Virus record (IMG/VR): IMGVR_UViG_3300048836_000838
Coordinates: 1 to 60,508 of that record
Direction: 5' to 3' (one strand)
Source: a virus
Taxonomy: Duplodnaviria > Caudoviricetes
Length of the DNA: 60,508 bases
Below the pieces are notes generated by a model. That model was not told the origin of the DNA. It saw only the letters and a program-made list of their open reading frames with translations, and did not search any database. Positions 18,507 to 27,214 of the stretch are shown one piece after another (position 1 is the first letter of the stretch; every line of letters starts with the position of its first letter). The position numbers and the translations under genes were made by a program.

Positions 18507-18650
18507 ACCAGGCTAGGGTAGCTCCCGAACCTGAAGTAGAGAAGTGTTATTCTCCTCAATATTCAGAGTGTTTTATGCGCCGTTAGTCTCCGTGGCGGCG
18601 CAGGGTTGTGTAGCTCTGCATGTTGGGTCTCCAACTACTTCATGCCTGGT
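18507..18650 (+). ncRNA. c4-like antisense/structured RNA
   Basis: Closing stem ACCAGGC/GCCTGGT, signature GGCTAGGGTAGCTCCCGAA and inner stem TGAAGTAG/CTACTTCA. Two loop segments are complementary to 18662-18671 and 18676-18688. Confidence 0.65.
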
Positions 18651-18725
18651 TTCTCTTTTCTAGAATAACACGCACTGGAGACCCGACAAACTGAACACAA
18701 CCGTAACACGTACCACGGAAATACT

Positions 18726-20294
18726 ATGAACCCATCTGAAAAACTAGTTCACCAGCTTCTCCGCAACTCTCACTGCACATTTCCTTTCCCTGGCGCATTC
18801 CTGACACACGAAGATCCCCTGACGATAAGACAGGCGATGCTGCTCGCGCTGTATATGGAAAAGCATGCACAGTGGAAGCGCAAGAAAACTGAGAACCCGC
18901 ACATCTTTTTCCTCACACACGCCGTCGTCCGCGAATGCCTTGGTGGAGAATACACCGACGGCATCATCCGCAGAATCAAAACAGAACTGAAAAAACGGAA
19001 GCTCATTCAGACAAGAATGGCATCGATTGGCAGCCGACTTCGACGTGAGTGGATCCTGATTCGATACCAGAAAATCGTCGAAATGCTGACCACCGAAACT
19101 CCGAGTGTAGATGGGGGGGTGGTATATCAAACATTACCACCAAGTAATACTACGTATACTACGTATACTTCGTGTAAGAGTAATACTTCGTATCACTCTA
19201 ACACTTCAGATACTTCGTCTACTCTGATCTCGCAGGGCGAGATCGTACAACAGGATGCGGCGTTGCTAATTGAGTGGTGGAATGAACTTCCAGGAGTTAC
19301 TAAACACACATCACCATCCACCAAAACGTACCAACAGGCCGCTGCCTATCTTTCCAACTTACTCGAAGGCAAGCCTATCGCCATCACTAAATCGGGCGCC
19401 CCAGATAAACGATTCGAAGCTTTCTGCACTAGATACGCAATCCGCCCTAGCATCGCAATCAAGACCTGGTCGGTTGATATGCTGAAAGCTGTCATCCAGT
19501 CAATTGTTGACCAGTGGGAAAATAAGACCAAGCCCATTCTGCCAGAATTGCTGTGGGTTGGTATGACGTCCCGCGGCGGTGGTTACAGCGCCCTGCTCAT
19601 TCACGCCAACCGGCCAGATGTCTCGTCCACCTTCAAGAAAACTGCCAACGCACTAGCAGCAGCCCTGGGCGACAGAATCCCCGCCCAGAAAAAGATGGTC
19701 TGGGCGACGCGCCTTGCGGCATTCAGTGTTGAAGCAGAAATCCCAGGGGAAGACTTGCTCGCCGCCGCAGAATGGTACTCTAGAAATAATGACCGCAGTC
19801 AACCGTATACCATTCTCGTAGATAGTGCAGATGAATTCTGCCAAAAGTATCCCCAACTCAAACGCGCAATGGAACGGAATATGAAACCTGCTGTTTTGAA
19901 ATCTCAAGAAGACCCCCAGACGCTGTTTGCTGCTCACTTTGGCGCTGTCGATGGTTCCCTTTTCTACCGGGACTGTTTTAAGACTGCCATGCACCACATC
20001 GGAAGTGACCCGGGCACCACGGCATCTCGATTAGTAGAATTCCACACCAAGTTGCGAGAGTATCAGAAATCTCGCAAAACACCTGACGACGGATGGGGCT
20101 TCAAGCTGCCTGCCGTTCGAATCATTCGATACTACCTGGATTGGATCGACGAGAATTCCTGGATCACAACCAAGAGTGATAACTTGCTCAGCATGGATCA
20201 CGGGATTTTCAACACATGGCTTGAGCAGCATGCTCGCCAGAACATGGATCGCAATCCGCTTACGGGTGAATGGTTTGCACGGAAGGCGATGTAA
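18726..20294 (+). CDS. Putative replication initiator / origin-binding protein
   Basis: 522 aa, between primase and helicase. N-terminal wHTH-like segment followed by an internal 9-bp repeat array. Confidence 0.55.
   Translation: MNPSEKLVHQLLRNSHCTFPFPGAFLTHEDPLTIRQAMLLALYMEKHAQWKRKKTENPHIFFLTHAVVRECLGGEYTDGIIRRIKTELKKRKLIQTRMASIGSRLRREWILIRYQKIVEMLTTETPSVDGGVVYQTLPPSNTTYTTYTSCKSNTSYHSNTSDTSSTLISQGEIVQQDAALLIEWWNELPGVTKHTSPSTKTYQQAAAYLSNLLEGKPIAITKSGAPDKRFEAFCTRYAIRPSIAIKTWSVDMLKAVIQSIVDQWENKTKPILPELLWVGMTSRGGGYSALLIHANRPDVSSTFKKTANALAAALGDRIPAQKKMVWATRLAAFSVEAEIPGEDLLAAAEWYSRNNDRSQPYTILVDSADEFCQKYPQLKRAMERNMKPAVLKSQEDPQTLFAAHFGAVDGSLFYRDCFKTAMHHIGSDPGTTASRLVEFHTKLREYQKSRKTPDDGWGFKLPAVRIIRYYLDWIDENSWITTKSDNLLSMDHGIFNTWLEQHARQNMDRNPLTGEWFARKAM
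19147..19218. repeat. 9-bp periodic array (ATACTWCGT), candidate origin iterons
   Basis: ATACTACGT at 19147 and 19156; ATACTTCGT at 19165, 19183 and 19210; variant ACACTTCAG at 19201. All are in 9-bp register. Confidence 0.65.
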
Positions 20295-21931
20295 TGTCAG
20301 GTGCAATTGAGCGAAAAATTGTCATTGGTTTGATCGTTTCCACACCCTTCATTCGGGAAGTGGCGAAGATCTGGAAACCGGAACTTCTCACCTCTGCCAC
20401 AGCGCGCCGCATTGCTGGATGGTGCTTCGAATACTTCGACAAGTATGAGAGAGCGCCATACCGCGATATCGAAGGCATCTTCATGCAGAAGCTCAAGGAA
20501 GGGATGCCTGATGCGATTGCTGATGAAATCGAGAATGACATCCTCCCTGATCTGAGTGATGAGTTTGAGGAGGAGAGCGCCGGCTCTGACAAGCTTCCGG
20601 CCTACTTGCTGGACCAATGTCGTGTTTACTTCCGTGAAAGGAATCTCGACTTATTTACGACACGAATAACGGCAATCGCACAGGGCGGGGAACTGGCAGA
20701 AGCCGAAGCGGAGGCGAGTAGCTATAAACCACTCCAGGAATCAGCCAATTCAGATCTTGAGTTATCGTCTCCAGAACTAGAAGTGAGGATGGAGCAGGCT
20801 TTCGCTGAAACTAGCGAGATCCTGATCACGTATCCAGGTGCCCTTGGAAAGTTCTGGAACAACCAGCTGGTCCGTGGCGGTTTTGTTGGTTTGCTTGCTC
20901 CTGAGAAACGCGGCAAAACGTTCCTGCTTATGGACATGTCCATCCGCGGCTGCCGGCAGGGGAAGCACGTCGCCTTCTTTCAGGCAGGGGACATGACTGA
21001 GAGTCAGCAACTACGCCGCATCGGAATATATCTCGCCCGAAGATCTGATAAAGCGCGATACTGTATGAACGTCCACAAGCCCGTTCTTGACTGCGTGTGG
21101 AACCAGCTTGACGCTTGCAACCGGAAAGAGCGTAAATGCGATTTCGGAGTGTTTGCAGGGAAGGGATGGGAAGCTGGTGAAGTGTACGGCAGCCTCTCTA
21201 AGGATCTTCTTGTTGAGACGCTGAAGGATCTTCCTGAATACGCCCCCTGCGATGAAACAAGATGCCCGCGGTTCCAGGGGTCAGTATGGGTGGAAGCCGT
21301 TCCTACTCCGTACACAGATGCAGGTGAAGTCGATGTGCTAACAGCTCCTGTTGCCATCAAGAAGGTCAAAGAATTCATGGAGCCTAAAGGCCGCGCCTTC
21401 CGCAGTCCTAGAGGCCGATTCAAGCTCTCAACCCACCCCAGTAACACCTTGACAGTTCGTGAAATGCGTGCTATCTTGACCCGATGGGAAAAGCAAGAAG
21501 ACTTCCGGCCTGACGTCATCGTGGTTGACTATGCTGATCTTCTTGAGCCCGATCCCGGAAAGTCTGATTTTCGTCACCAACAGAACGAGATCTGGAAGGG
21601 GCTCCGGCGCATCTCTCAGGAACGGCACGCACTGGTCGTAACGGCGACCCAGGCGGACGCAAACAGCTACACCCAGGATGCTTTGAAGCTGAGCAACTTC
21701 TCTGAGGACAAGAGAAAGTATGCGCATGTCACCGCCATGTATGGTCTCAACCAGGACCAGAAAGGGCGGGAGAAAAGAATTGGCATCTTGCGTATCAATG
21801 AGCTGGTCGTTCGTGAAGATGATTTCTGGGCAGGGCGATACGTCCACATTCTCCAATGCCTGCAACAAGGCACACCGTTTCTCAATAGTTTTGATCCTTT
21901 TCGTGAATCAAAGACCGACGAGGACGTATAA
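20294..21931 (+). CDS. Replicative DnaB-like helicase
   Basis: Walker A APEKRGKT, IVVDYADLL, VTATQAD and FSEDKRK. Confidence 0.85.
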   Translation: MSGAIERKIVIGLIVSTPFIREVAKIWKPELLTSATARRIAGWCFEYFDKYERAPYRDIEGIFMQKLKEGMPDAIADEIENDILPDLSDEFEEESAGSDKLPAYLLDQCRVYFRERNLDLFTTRITAIAQGGELAEAEAEASSYKPLQESANSDLELSSPELEVRMEQAFAETSEILITYPGALGKFWNNQLVRGGFVGLLAPEKRGKTFLLMDMSIRGCRQGKHVAFFQAGDMTESQQLRRIGIYLARRSDKARYCMNVHKPVLDCVWNQLDACNRKERKCDFGVFAGKGWEAGEVYGSLSKDLLVETLKDLPEYAPCDETRCPRFQGSVWVEAVPTPYTDAGEVDVLTAPVAIKKVKEFMEPKGRAFRSPRGRFKLSTHPSNTLTVREMRAILTRWEKQEDFRPDVIVVDYADLLEPDPGKSDFRHQQNEIWKGLRRISQERHALVVTATQADANSYTQDALKLSNFSEDKRKYAHVTAMYGLNQDQKGREKRIGILRINELVVREDDFWAGRYVHILQCLQQGTPFLNSFDPFRESKTDEDV

Positions 21932-21932
21932 C
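21925..21932 (+). promoter_or_regulatory. CGTATAAC promoter-like motif upstream of queD
   Basis: The same octamer occurs at 23033, 31828, 38300, 16727 and (minus strand) 4999-5006. Confidence 0.4.
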
Positions 21933-21978
21933 TGATCTCACAGGAAAATGAATTCTTCAACCCCAACAGGAGTTTGAC

Positions 21979-22353
21979 ATGCTGAAAGGCACCACAGTCA
22001 CAAAACGCTTTGAGTTCTGCTACGGGCACCACCTGCCTGAGTACTCCGGGAAGTGCAAATACGTCCACGGGCACAATTCCATGCTCGACGTTGAGTTTGC
22101 ACATCACTCCATCGAGGAGTATAACGGCATGGTGATCGATTTCAACAAGATCAAGGAATTTGTCAAGCCGATCGTTGACACCCTCGACCACCGTGATCTG
22201 AATGAGATCCTGGACCCGTGGTACTTGCCACCCACCGCTGAAAACATCATCGAATTCATTGTCGACCAAATCAGGAAAACGCCGATCGGCGTTGCCTTGC
22301 AGCGGGTCCGGTTGTATGAAACCCCGAACAGCTATGCTGAATGGAGATGCTAG
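21979..22353 (+). CDS. queD: 6-carboxytetrahydropterin synthase
   Basis: FCYGHHL, CKYVHGHN, MVIDF, LDHRDLNE, PTAENI and LYETP. Confidence 0.95.
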   Translation: MLKGTTVTKRFEFCYGHHLPEYSGKCKYVHGHNSMLDVEFAHHSIEEYNGMVIDFNKIKEFVKPIVDTLDHRDLNEILDPWYLPPTAENIIEFIVDQIRKTPIGVALQRVRLYETPNSYAEWRC

Positions 22354-23007
22354 ATGCTAAATGTGCATGAGATCTTCCGGTCAATCAGCGGAGAAGTCGG
22401 CGAGATCCCACAAGGGTCTATCGCGTGGTTCATCAGATTCCAGGGATGTAATCTCCGGTGCAGCTGGTGTGACACAGAACGGGCGCAGGAAATCAATATG
22501 CCCGGACATGAAATGGGGCTGACAACTGCGGGCATTGTTGCAAACAGCATCCCCGCAAACAGCAACGTGATCCTGACAGGTGGGGAGCCATACTGCCAGC
22601 CAGTTGACGAGTTGCGAGACCTCATCAAATTCCTTCACGCCAAGAACTGCCGTGTCCAGATTGAGACGAACGGTTCGTATCCTCCTGTTCTTGATGTAGA
22701 CCATGTTATGGATTACAAAACACCTTCTTCTGGTATGACGGCGCTCATGATGGACGCCACGGTGTTTGAATCCCTCCCGCCAGGCAGCTGGGTGAAGATG
22801 GTTGTCAAAACACTGGCTGATATCGAGGCCGCAACTCGTGTAGCAAGTCACCTTGTCCGAGAAGGGGCGCAGGCGCGAATCGCCTTTTCCGCTGAAAGCG
22901 GTGAGATGATATCTGAGGTGATCGATTTCATCAACGGCGTAGCTCCTGAGCTCCTGCCGCACATCGTTTTCAACGTCCAGCTACACAAAAAGCTGGATCT
23001 TGCTTAA
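22354..23007 (+). CDS. queE: 7-carboxy-7-deazaguanine synthase (radical SAM)
   Basis: EIFRSISGE, CNLRCSWCDT (CX3CX2C), ILTGGEP, IETNGS and QLHK. Confidence 0.93.
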   Translation: MLNVHEIFRSISGEVGEIPQGSIAWFIRFQGCNLRCSWCDTERAQEINMPGHEMGLTTAGIVANSIPANSNVILTGGEPYCQPVDELRDLIKFLHAKNCRVQIETNGSYPPVLDVDHVMDYKTPSSGMTALMMDATVFESLPPGSWVKMVVKTLADIEAATRVASHLVREGAQARIAFSAESGEMISEVIDFINGVAPELLPHIVFNVQLHKKLDLA

Positions 23008-23045
23008 CTCCATCGAAGAAACTCGAAACCCGCGTATAACTTCAC

Positions 23046-23414
23046 ATGAGCAACGCAAGTAAGGTTTTCGTAAACGATGTTCCAGAGGAAGAGCGCCCGC
23101 AGGTGCTCCTGGGGTCAATCTTGTCCTGCTTCACCTCATCCCTCATGTACTGGAGTACAGAGGCACTATTCGATCTTTACAAAGGCGCTTCGGAAATGGT
23201 CATCGAGCACTACCAGTCGCAAGGGCGTAAAACCAAGAAGCTTGAGGAGAAACTCTCCACGGCTCTCCGGTACGCCGGCACAGAACGGACAGCAATCATG
23301 GATGTCATTTACGAAGAGGTTTTACGGTACGAAAACAAAGGGCGTCTAACGGGATTCGGAATGGCGAATCGCTACGGAGACTGGATGCCTGGTAACCCTG
23401 AAAGGAGTATGTGA
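23046..23414 (+). CDS. Hypothetical protein inside the 7-deazaguanine cluster
   Basis: 122 aa. The ATG lies 5 nt after CGTATAAC with no RBS, so it may be leaderless. Confidence 0.6.
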   Translation: MSNASKVFVNDVPEEERPQVLLGSILSCFTSSLMYWSTEALFDLYKGASEMVIEHYQSQGRKTKKLEEKLSTALRYAGTERTAIMDVIYEEVLRYENKGRLTGFGMANRYGDWMPGNPERSM

Positions 23415-24097
23415 TGGCTAAGAAAGAAGCAGCCGCCCCTGTTCGTCTCAAGAAGAGCGATCTCGTCAAGGTCGGCGAAGAAATGAATGAAATTCTGGCA
23501 TGTGATCCGCCCATCAACACGTCGTTGACCGCAACCCTTCTCGAGAAAGAGATCGTGGAATCGGCGGCCCTCGTTGATCCTGCTGACCCGTTCACCGAAA
23601 GCACCTGGAAGATCCTGGGCCAGCTGGCAAACGTCTTCCCCGGCGCTACTACGCTGGAAGACGACGGTGCGGATCTGGATCCTGAAGAGTATGATGAAGT
23701 TGGTGGTGAAGAAGAAGAAGAAGCACCTGTCATCGAAGATCCCGAACCGCCCGTACAGTCCGCAAAGAAAGAAAAGCCGGCTCCTGCTGCCAAGAAAGAA
23801 GCAACAGAGTCCAAGAAGCCGGCAGTCCGCAAGACTCTGTGGGCCCCTGGTACCGAGCTCAAGGTTGTCCTCGCCGGCTCCAAGCTGGCCGCTGCCCTTG
23901 ACATTATGAAGGCCAAGAAGTTCAAGAAGTGCCGTCTTGAAGACTTCGAGTCCCTGGGCTGGAATCTGGCACTGGCGAAGGCGTACATCTGCTACGATAT
24001 CAACAAACTCGGATACGGCAGCCGCTTCCACGAAGACGGGTCTTTCGATCTTATCCTGCCTGATGGATGCTCTATGCCGGCACACAAGGAAAAGTAA
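23411..24097 (+). CDS. Hypothetical protein with acidic and Lys/Ala-rich low-complexity segments
   Basis: 228 aa, AAGGAG RBS, abuts the queC start. Confidence 0.7.
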   Translation: MMAKKEAAAPVRLKKSDLVKVGEEMNEILACDPPINTSLTATLLEKEIVESAALVDPADPFTESTWKILGQLANVFPGATTLEDDGADLDPEEYDEVGGEEEEEAPVIEDPEPPVQSAKKEKPAPAAKKEATESKKPAVRKTLWAPGTELKVVLAGSKLAAALDIMKAKKFKKCRLEDFESLGWNLALAKAYICYDINKLGYGSRFHEDGSFDLILPDGCSMPAHKEK

Positions 24098-24778
24098 ATG
24101 ACACCTCACATTGTCATGGGCCTCTCAGGAGGGATGGATTCAACCACCCTCCTGGGCCGGTTCCTCGAAGTTGGTGCTAAGGTCCACTGCGTCCTCTTTT
24201 CATACGGCTCCAAGCACAACGCGTATGAAAACGATGCAGCCGTAAACGTGGTCAAGTATTACCAGGAGCAGGGCTGTCCCGTCACAAGCTCCTACGTTGC
24301 TCTTGAAGGCGTGATGGCCGGGTTCAAGTCCGCGTTGCTCTTAACCGGAGACGCAATCCCGGAAGGCCATTATGCTGAAGAGAGTATGCGAAAAACAGTT
24401 GTTCCTGGTCGCAATCTCATCATGGCTTCTGTGATGGCGGGGCTGGCTGAATCCATAGGAGCTACGCAAGTTGCTCTTGGCGTACACAGCGGTGACCATC
24501 ATATCTACCCTGATTGCCGGCCGGCCTTCGTGGAAGCCGCGAATCAGGCGATCTTGGCGTCATCGGATGGGCGGGTCTCCGTCATTGCACCCTTCATCCA
24601 GGATACCAAAGAAACTATCATCGAGCAGGGTCTGGCTTTCGACATCGCTGTGCCGTACCACTTGACCAGAACCTGCTACAAAAATCAACCAATCAGTTGC
24701 GGCAAGTGCGGAAGCTGCACCGAACGCCTGGAAGCGTTTGAACTGGTTGGAATAGAGGACCCGATTCCCTATGAGTGA
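24098..24778 (+). CDS. queC: 7-cyano-7-deazaguanine synthase
   Basis: [24 protein letters not shown] and TRTCY...[10 protein letters not shown]. No glutaminase domain. Confidence 0.96.
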   Translation: MTPHIVMGLSGGMDSTTLLGRFLEVGAKVHCVLFSYGSKHNAYENDAAVNVVKYYQEQGCPVTSSYVALEGVMAGFKSALLLTGDAIPEGHYAEESMRKTVVPGRNLIMASVMAGLAESIGATQVALGVHSGDHHIYPDCRPAFVEAANQAILASSDGRVSVIAPFIQDTKETIIEQGLAFDIAVPYHLTRTCYKNQPISCGKCGSCTERLEAFELVGIEDPIPYE

Positions 24779-25358
24779 ATGCAAAGGCGACAGCCTGCTT
24801 GAAAACACAAATTCGTTTGGAATGGAGCTGCTTCTGAAGGAGCAGCTTCGCTTCATCGGTGAAGATCCTTCACGAGAAGGTCTGATAGACACTCCCAAGC
24901 GGATCGTCAGGAGCTGGGGTGAGCTTTTCTCCGGATACAATAAAGATCCGCGGGACCTGGTCACCGACTTCGCAAGCGACGGGTACGATCAAATGGTGGT
25001 GCTCAAAGATATCGAGCTCTACTCGATGTGTGAGCACCACATGTTGCCTTTCACCGGCAAAGCGCATGTTGCGTACATCCCCAATACCCGCGTCGTCGGC
25101 ATCTCCAAGCTTGCCCGATTGGTCGACATCTTTGCCCGGCGCATGCAGATCCAGGAGCGGATCGGTGAGCAAGTGACCGGCTTCCTGATGGATTACGTCG
25201 GTGCAAAAGGTGCTGCCTGCATCATCGAAGCTTCCCATCTGTGTATGAGGATGCGGGGATGTAGCAAACAAGGCAGCACCATGATCACGTCCTCTCTGAA
25301 AGGGGACTTCATGAACAGCCCGGAAACTCGGATGGAGCTTTTGCACTTCATCAAGTGA
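24771..25358 (+). CDS. folE: GTP cyclohydrolase I
   Basis: [40 protein letters not shown] and HLCMRMRG. Confidence 0.96.
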   Translation: MSECKGDSLLENTNSFGMELLLKEQLRFIGEDPSREGLIDTPKRIVRSWGELFSGYNKDPRDLVTDFASDGYDQMVVLKDIELYSMCEHHMLPFTGKAHVAYIPNTRVVGISKLARLVDIFARRMQIQERIGEQVTGFLMDYVGAKGAACIIEASHLCMRMRGCSKQGSTMITSSLKGDFMNSPETRMELLHFIK

Positions 25359-25798
25359 GCACCATGAGCACAAGCCCAGAGAAGATCTTCGAAGTAATTC
25401 AGACGTGGTGTGCTAATCGATTGAACAGTGTTGACGAGTCCGGCGGCCCATGCCGGGCTCGTTTTCTGGGAAGCGAAGCAGCGGAAGAGATGCTTGAGAT
25501 TTACCAAGCACTGAAAGGGCAGGAAAAGCAAACAGCCCGCGCCTTTATCCAGGGCATCATCACAATGACTAAACTGTTTCCTCCTGAGGAGTACCAGAAG
25601 AATCCGTTTTTCAGTACAATCAAAGGACTCTATATCATCAAGCACCTGCCTGCTGATTCGTATAAATCATTATTCGTGGAACGCTTTCCGGAAGTGGCCT
25701 GCCTCGGCCGGGAATACAAACAGAAACTCAAGGAGAAGAAACGTGGAAGCAAAAGACAACACCTCCAACTTGACCCAGTTGGGATCGGCAAAGACTAA
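25355..25798 (+). CDS. Hypothetical protein between folE and queF
   Basis: 147 aa ORF that overlaps both neighbours and fills the gap between them. Confidence 0.55.
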   Translation: MSTMSTSPEKIFEVIQTWCANRLNSVDESGGPCRARFLGSEAAEEMLEIYQALKGQEKQTARAFIQGIITMTKLFPPEEYQKNPFFSTIKGLYIIKHLPADSYKSLFVERFPEVACLGREYKQKLKEKKRGSKRQHLQLDPVGIGKD

Positions 25799-26159
25799 GT
25801 ACGTGTACGATGATCCGACGGCGAGCCTTCTGGAGACTTTCGAAAACAAAGCCCCACACCGCGATTACGTCACGGAATTCGTCTTTAACGAGTTCACCTC
25901 GCTCTGCCCCAAGACCGGCCAGCCGGACTTTGCAACCATCACCGTACAGTATGTCCCCGACAAGCTGTGCATCGAAACCAAGTCCCTGAAACTGTACTTC
26001 CTGTCCTTCAGGCAGCACGGCGCTTTCATGGAAACGATCGTCAACAAGATGCTGGAAGACCTGGTTGCTACTTGTGACCCGCGCCGCATGGCTGTCATCG
26101 GTCGTTTCAATGCACGCGGCGGCACGCTCATCAACGTCCAGGCCAACTACGAAAAATAA
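25743..26159 (+). CDS. queF: NADPH-dependent preQ0 reductase (unimodular type)
   Basis: EFTSLCPKTGQPDFA carries the catalytic Cys and Asp. QueF motif ETKSLKLYF, then FMET and RGG. Confidence 0.93.
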   Translation: MEAKDNTSNLTQLGSAKTKYVYDDPTASLLETFENKAPHRDYVTEFVFNEFTSLCPKTGQPDFATITVQYVPDKLCIETKSLKLYFLSFRQHGAFMETIVNKMLEDLVATCDPRRMAVIGRFNARGGTLINVQANYEK

Positions 26160-26161
26160 CC

Positions 26162-27214
26162 ATGAAAGAGATTAAACTGTATTTCGCCGGCGCCTGGTGT
26201 GGGTCTTGCTCGATTGAAGAAGCAGACCTGGGCATCACCAACAAGCTGGTGTCCTTCATCTACCCAGATCAACTACGATCCTGGTTTGAGGTTTCGGAAG
26301 GGCGGGAAGGTAACATCATCGTTGACTCCGGGGCGTTTTCCGCCTGGAACAAAGGGAAACCTGTCGACCTCGATGCTTACATCAACTACGCCCTCACCGC
26401 AATCGAGAAAGGGAAGTCCCAAGGCAAGCGAGTACACATCGTTAATCTCGACGTGATACCAGGGAAGGCCGGTCAAACGGCCTCCCTGAATCGGCCTAAG
26501 GACTCCCAGGACTTCGTTCGGGTGAAGGCAATCAAAGACGAGGCAGCCCGGCAAGGGTACCATAATCTGAAACGCATGAAAGAAGCCGGCATCACTCCCA
26601 TCCACGTCTTCCATCAAGGTGAAGACTACAAGTGGATTGAAAGGATGGTGAAACTCACGCCGTACATTGGCATCTCACCGGCGAACGACATGTCCGTAAA
26701 GGAAAAGGCGGCGTGGATTGGTGACGTCTTCAGATACTTATGGGAGAAAGGCATCGAAGTTGATACGCACGGCTTCGCAGTCTGGATGCCATCAGTAATG
26801 AAAGCGTACCCGTGGACATCTTGTGATGCCGCCACCTGGAGGCTTCTGGCTGCCTGGGGATGTATCATGTGGCCTCCGGGCGGTCTTGTGCCTGAGGCAA
26901 TGTGGTTGAAGCCTGCAACCATTTCGGTGTCAATGCAGCAGAAGAAGCCCAAGAAAGGTGAGAAACCTAAATCCGGTTTCTTCACATCGGACGAACTTCA
27001 GATGCCTTGCGCAGGCACTGTGCACCTTTCCCCTGCAATCATGCAACAGATCGAGGCTGCTGGCTTCACTTTCGAAGACCTCCAAACCTGGGAAGGCCGT
27101 GCTCGCATTAACGTGAAATATTTCCTCGGCCTTGAAAAGCATCTCAACGAGTATAAACGTGTGACAGAGTTTAACCCTGCAACCCTCACACTAAAGGATA
27201 CGGAGCTCCAATGA
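26162..27214 (+). CDS. dpdA: TGT-like DNA guanine transglycosylase (DpdA-like)
   Basis: IVDSGAFSAW, VNLDVIPG, HVFHQGE, HGFAV and YPWTSCDAATW. Lies directly after queF. Confidence 0.78.
   Translation: MKEIKLYFAGAWCGSCSIEEADLGITNKLVSFIYPDQLRSWFEVSEGREGNIIVDSGAFSAWNKGKPVDLDAYINYALTAIEKGKSQGKRVHIVNLDVIPGKAGQTASLNRPKDSQDFVRVKAIKDEAARQGYHNLKRMKEAGITPIHVFHQGEDYKWIERMVKLTPYIGISPANDMSVKEKAAWIGDVFRYLWEKGIEVDTHGFAVWMPSVMKAYPWTSCDAATWRLLAAWGCIMWPPGGLVPEAMWLKPATISVSMQQKKPKKGEKPKSGFFTSDELQMPCAGTVHLSPAIMQQIEAAGFTFEDLQTWEGRARINVKYFLGLEKHLNEYKRVTEFNPATLTLKDTELQ

Noticed and set aside
19147-19218. CRISPR array
   Set aside because: The units are 9 bp with no unique spacers, and no cas genes are present.
25743-26159. 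QueF-like amidinotransferase making archaeosine
   Set aside because: The NADPH-associated QueF motif is present, which favours a true nitrile reductase.
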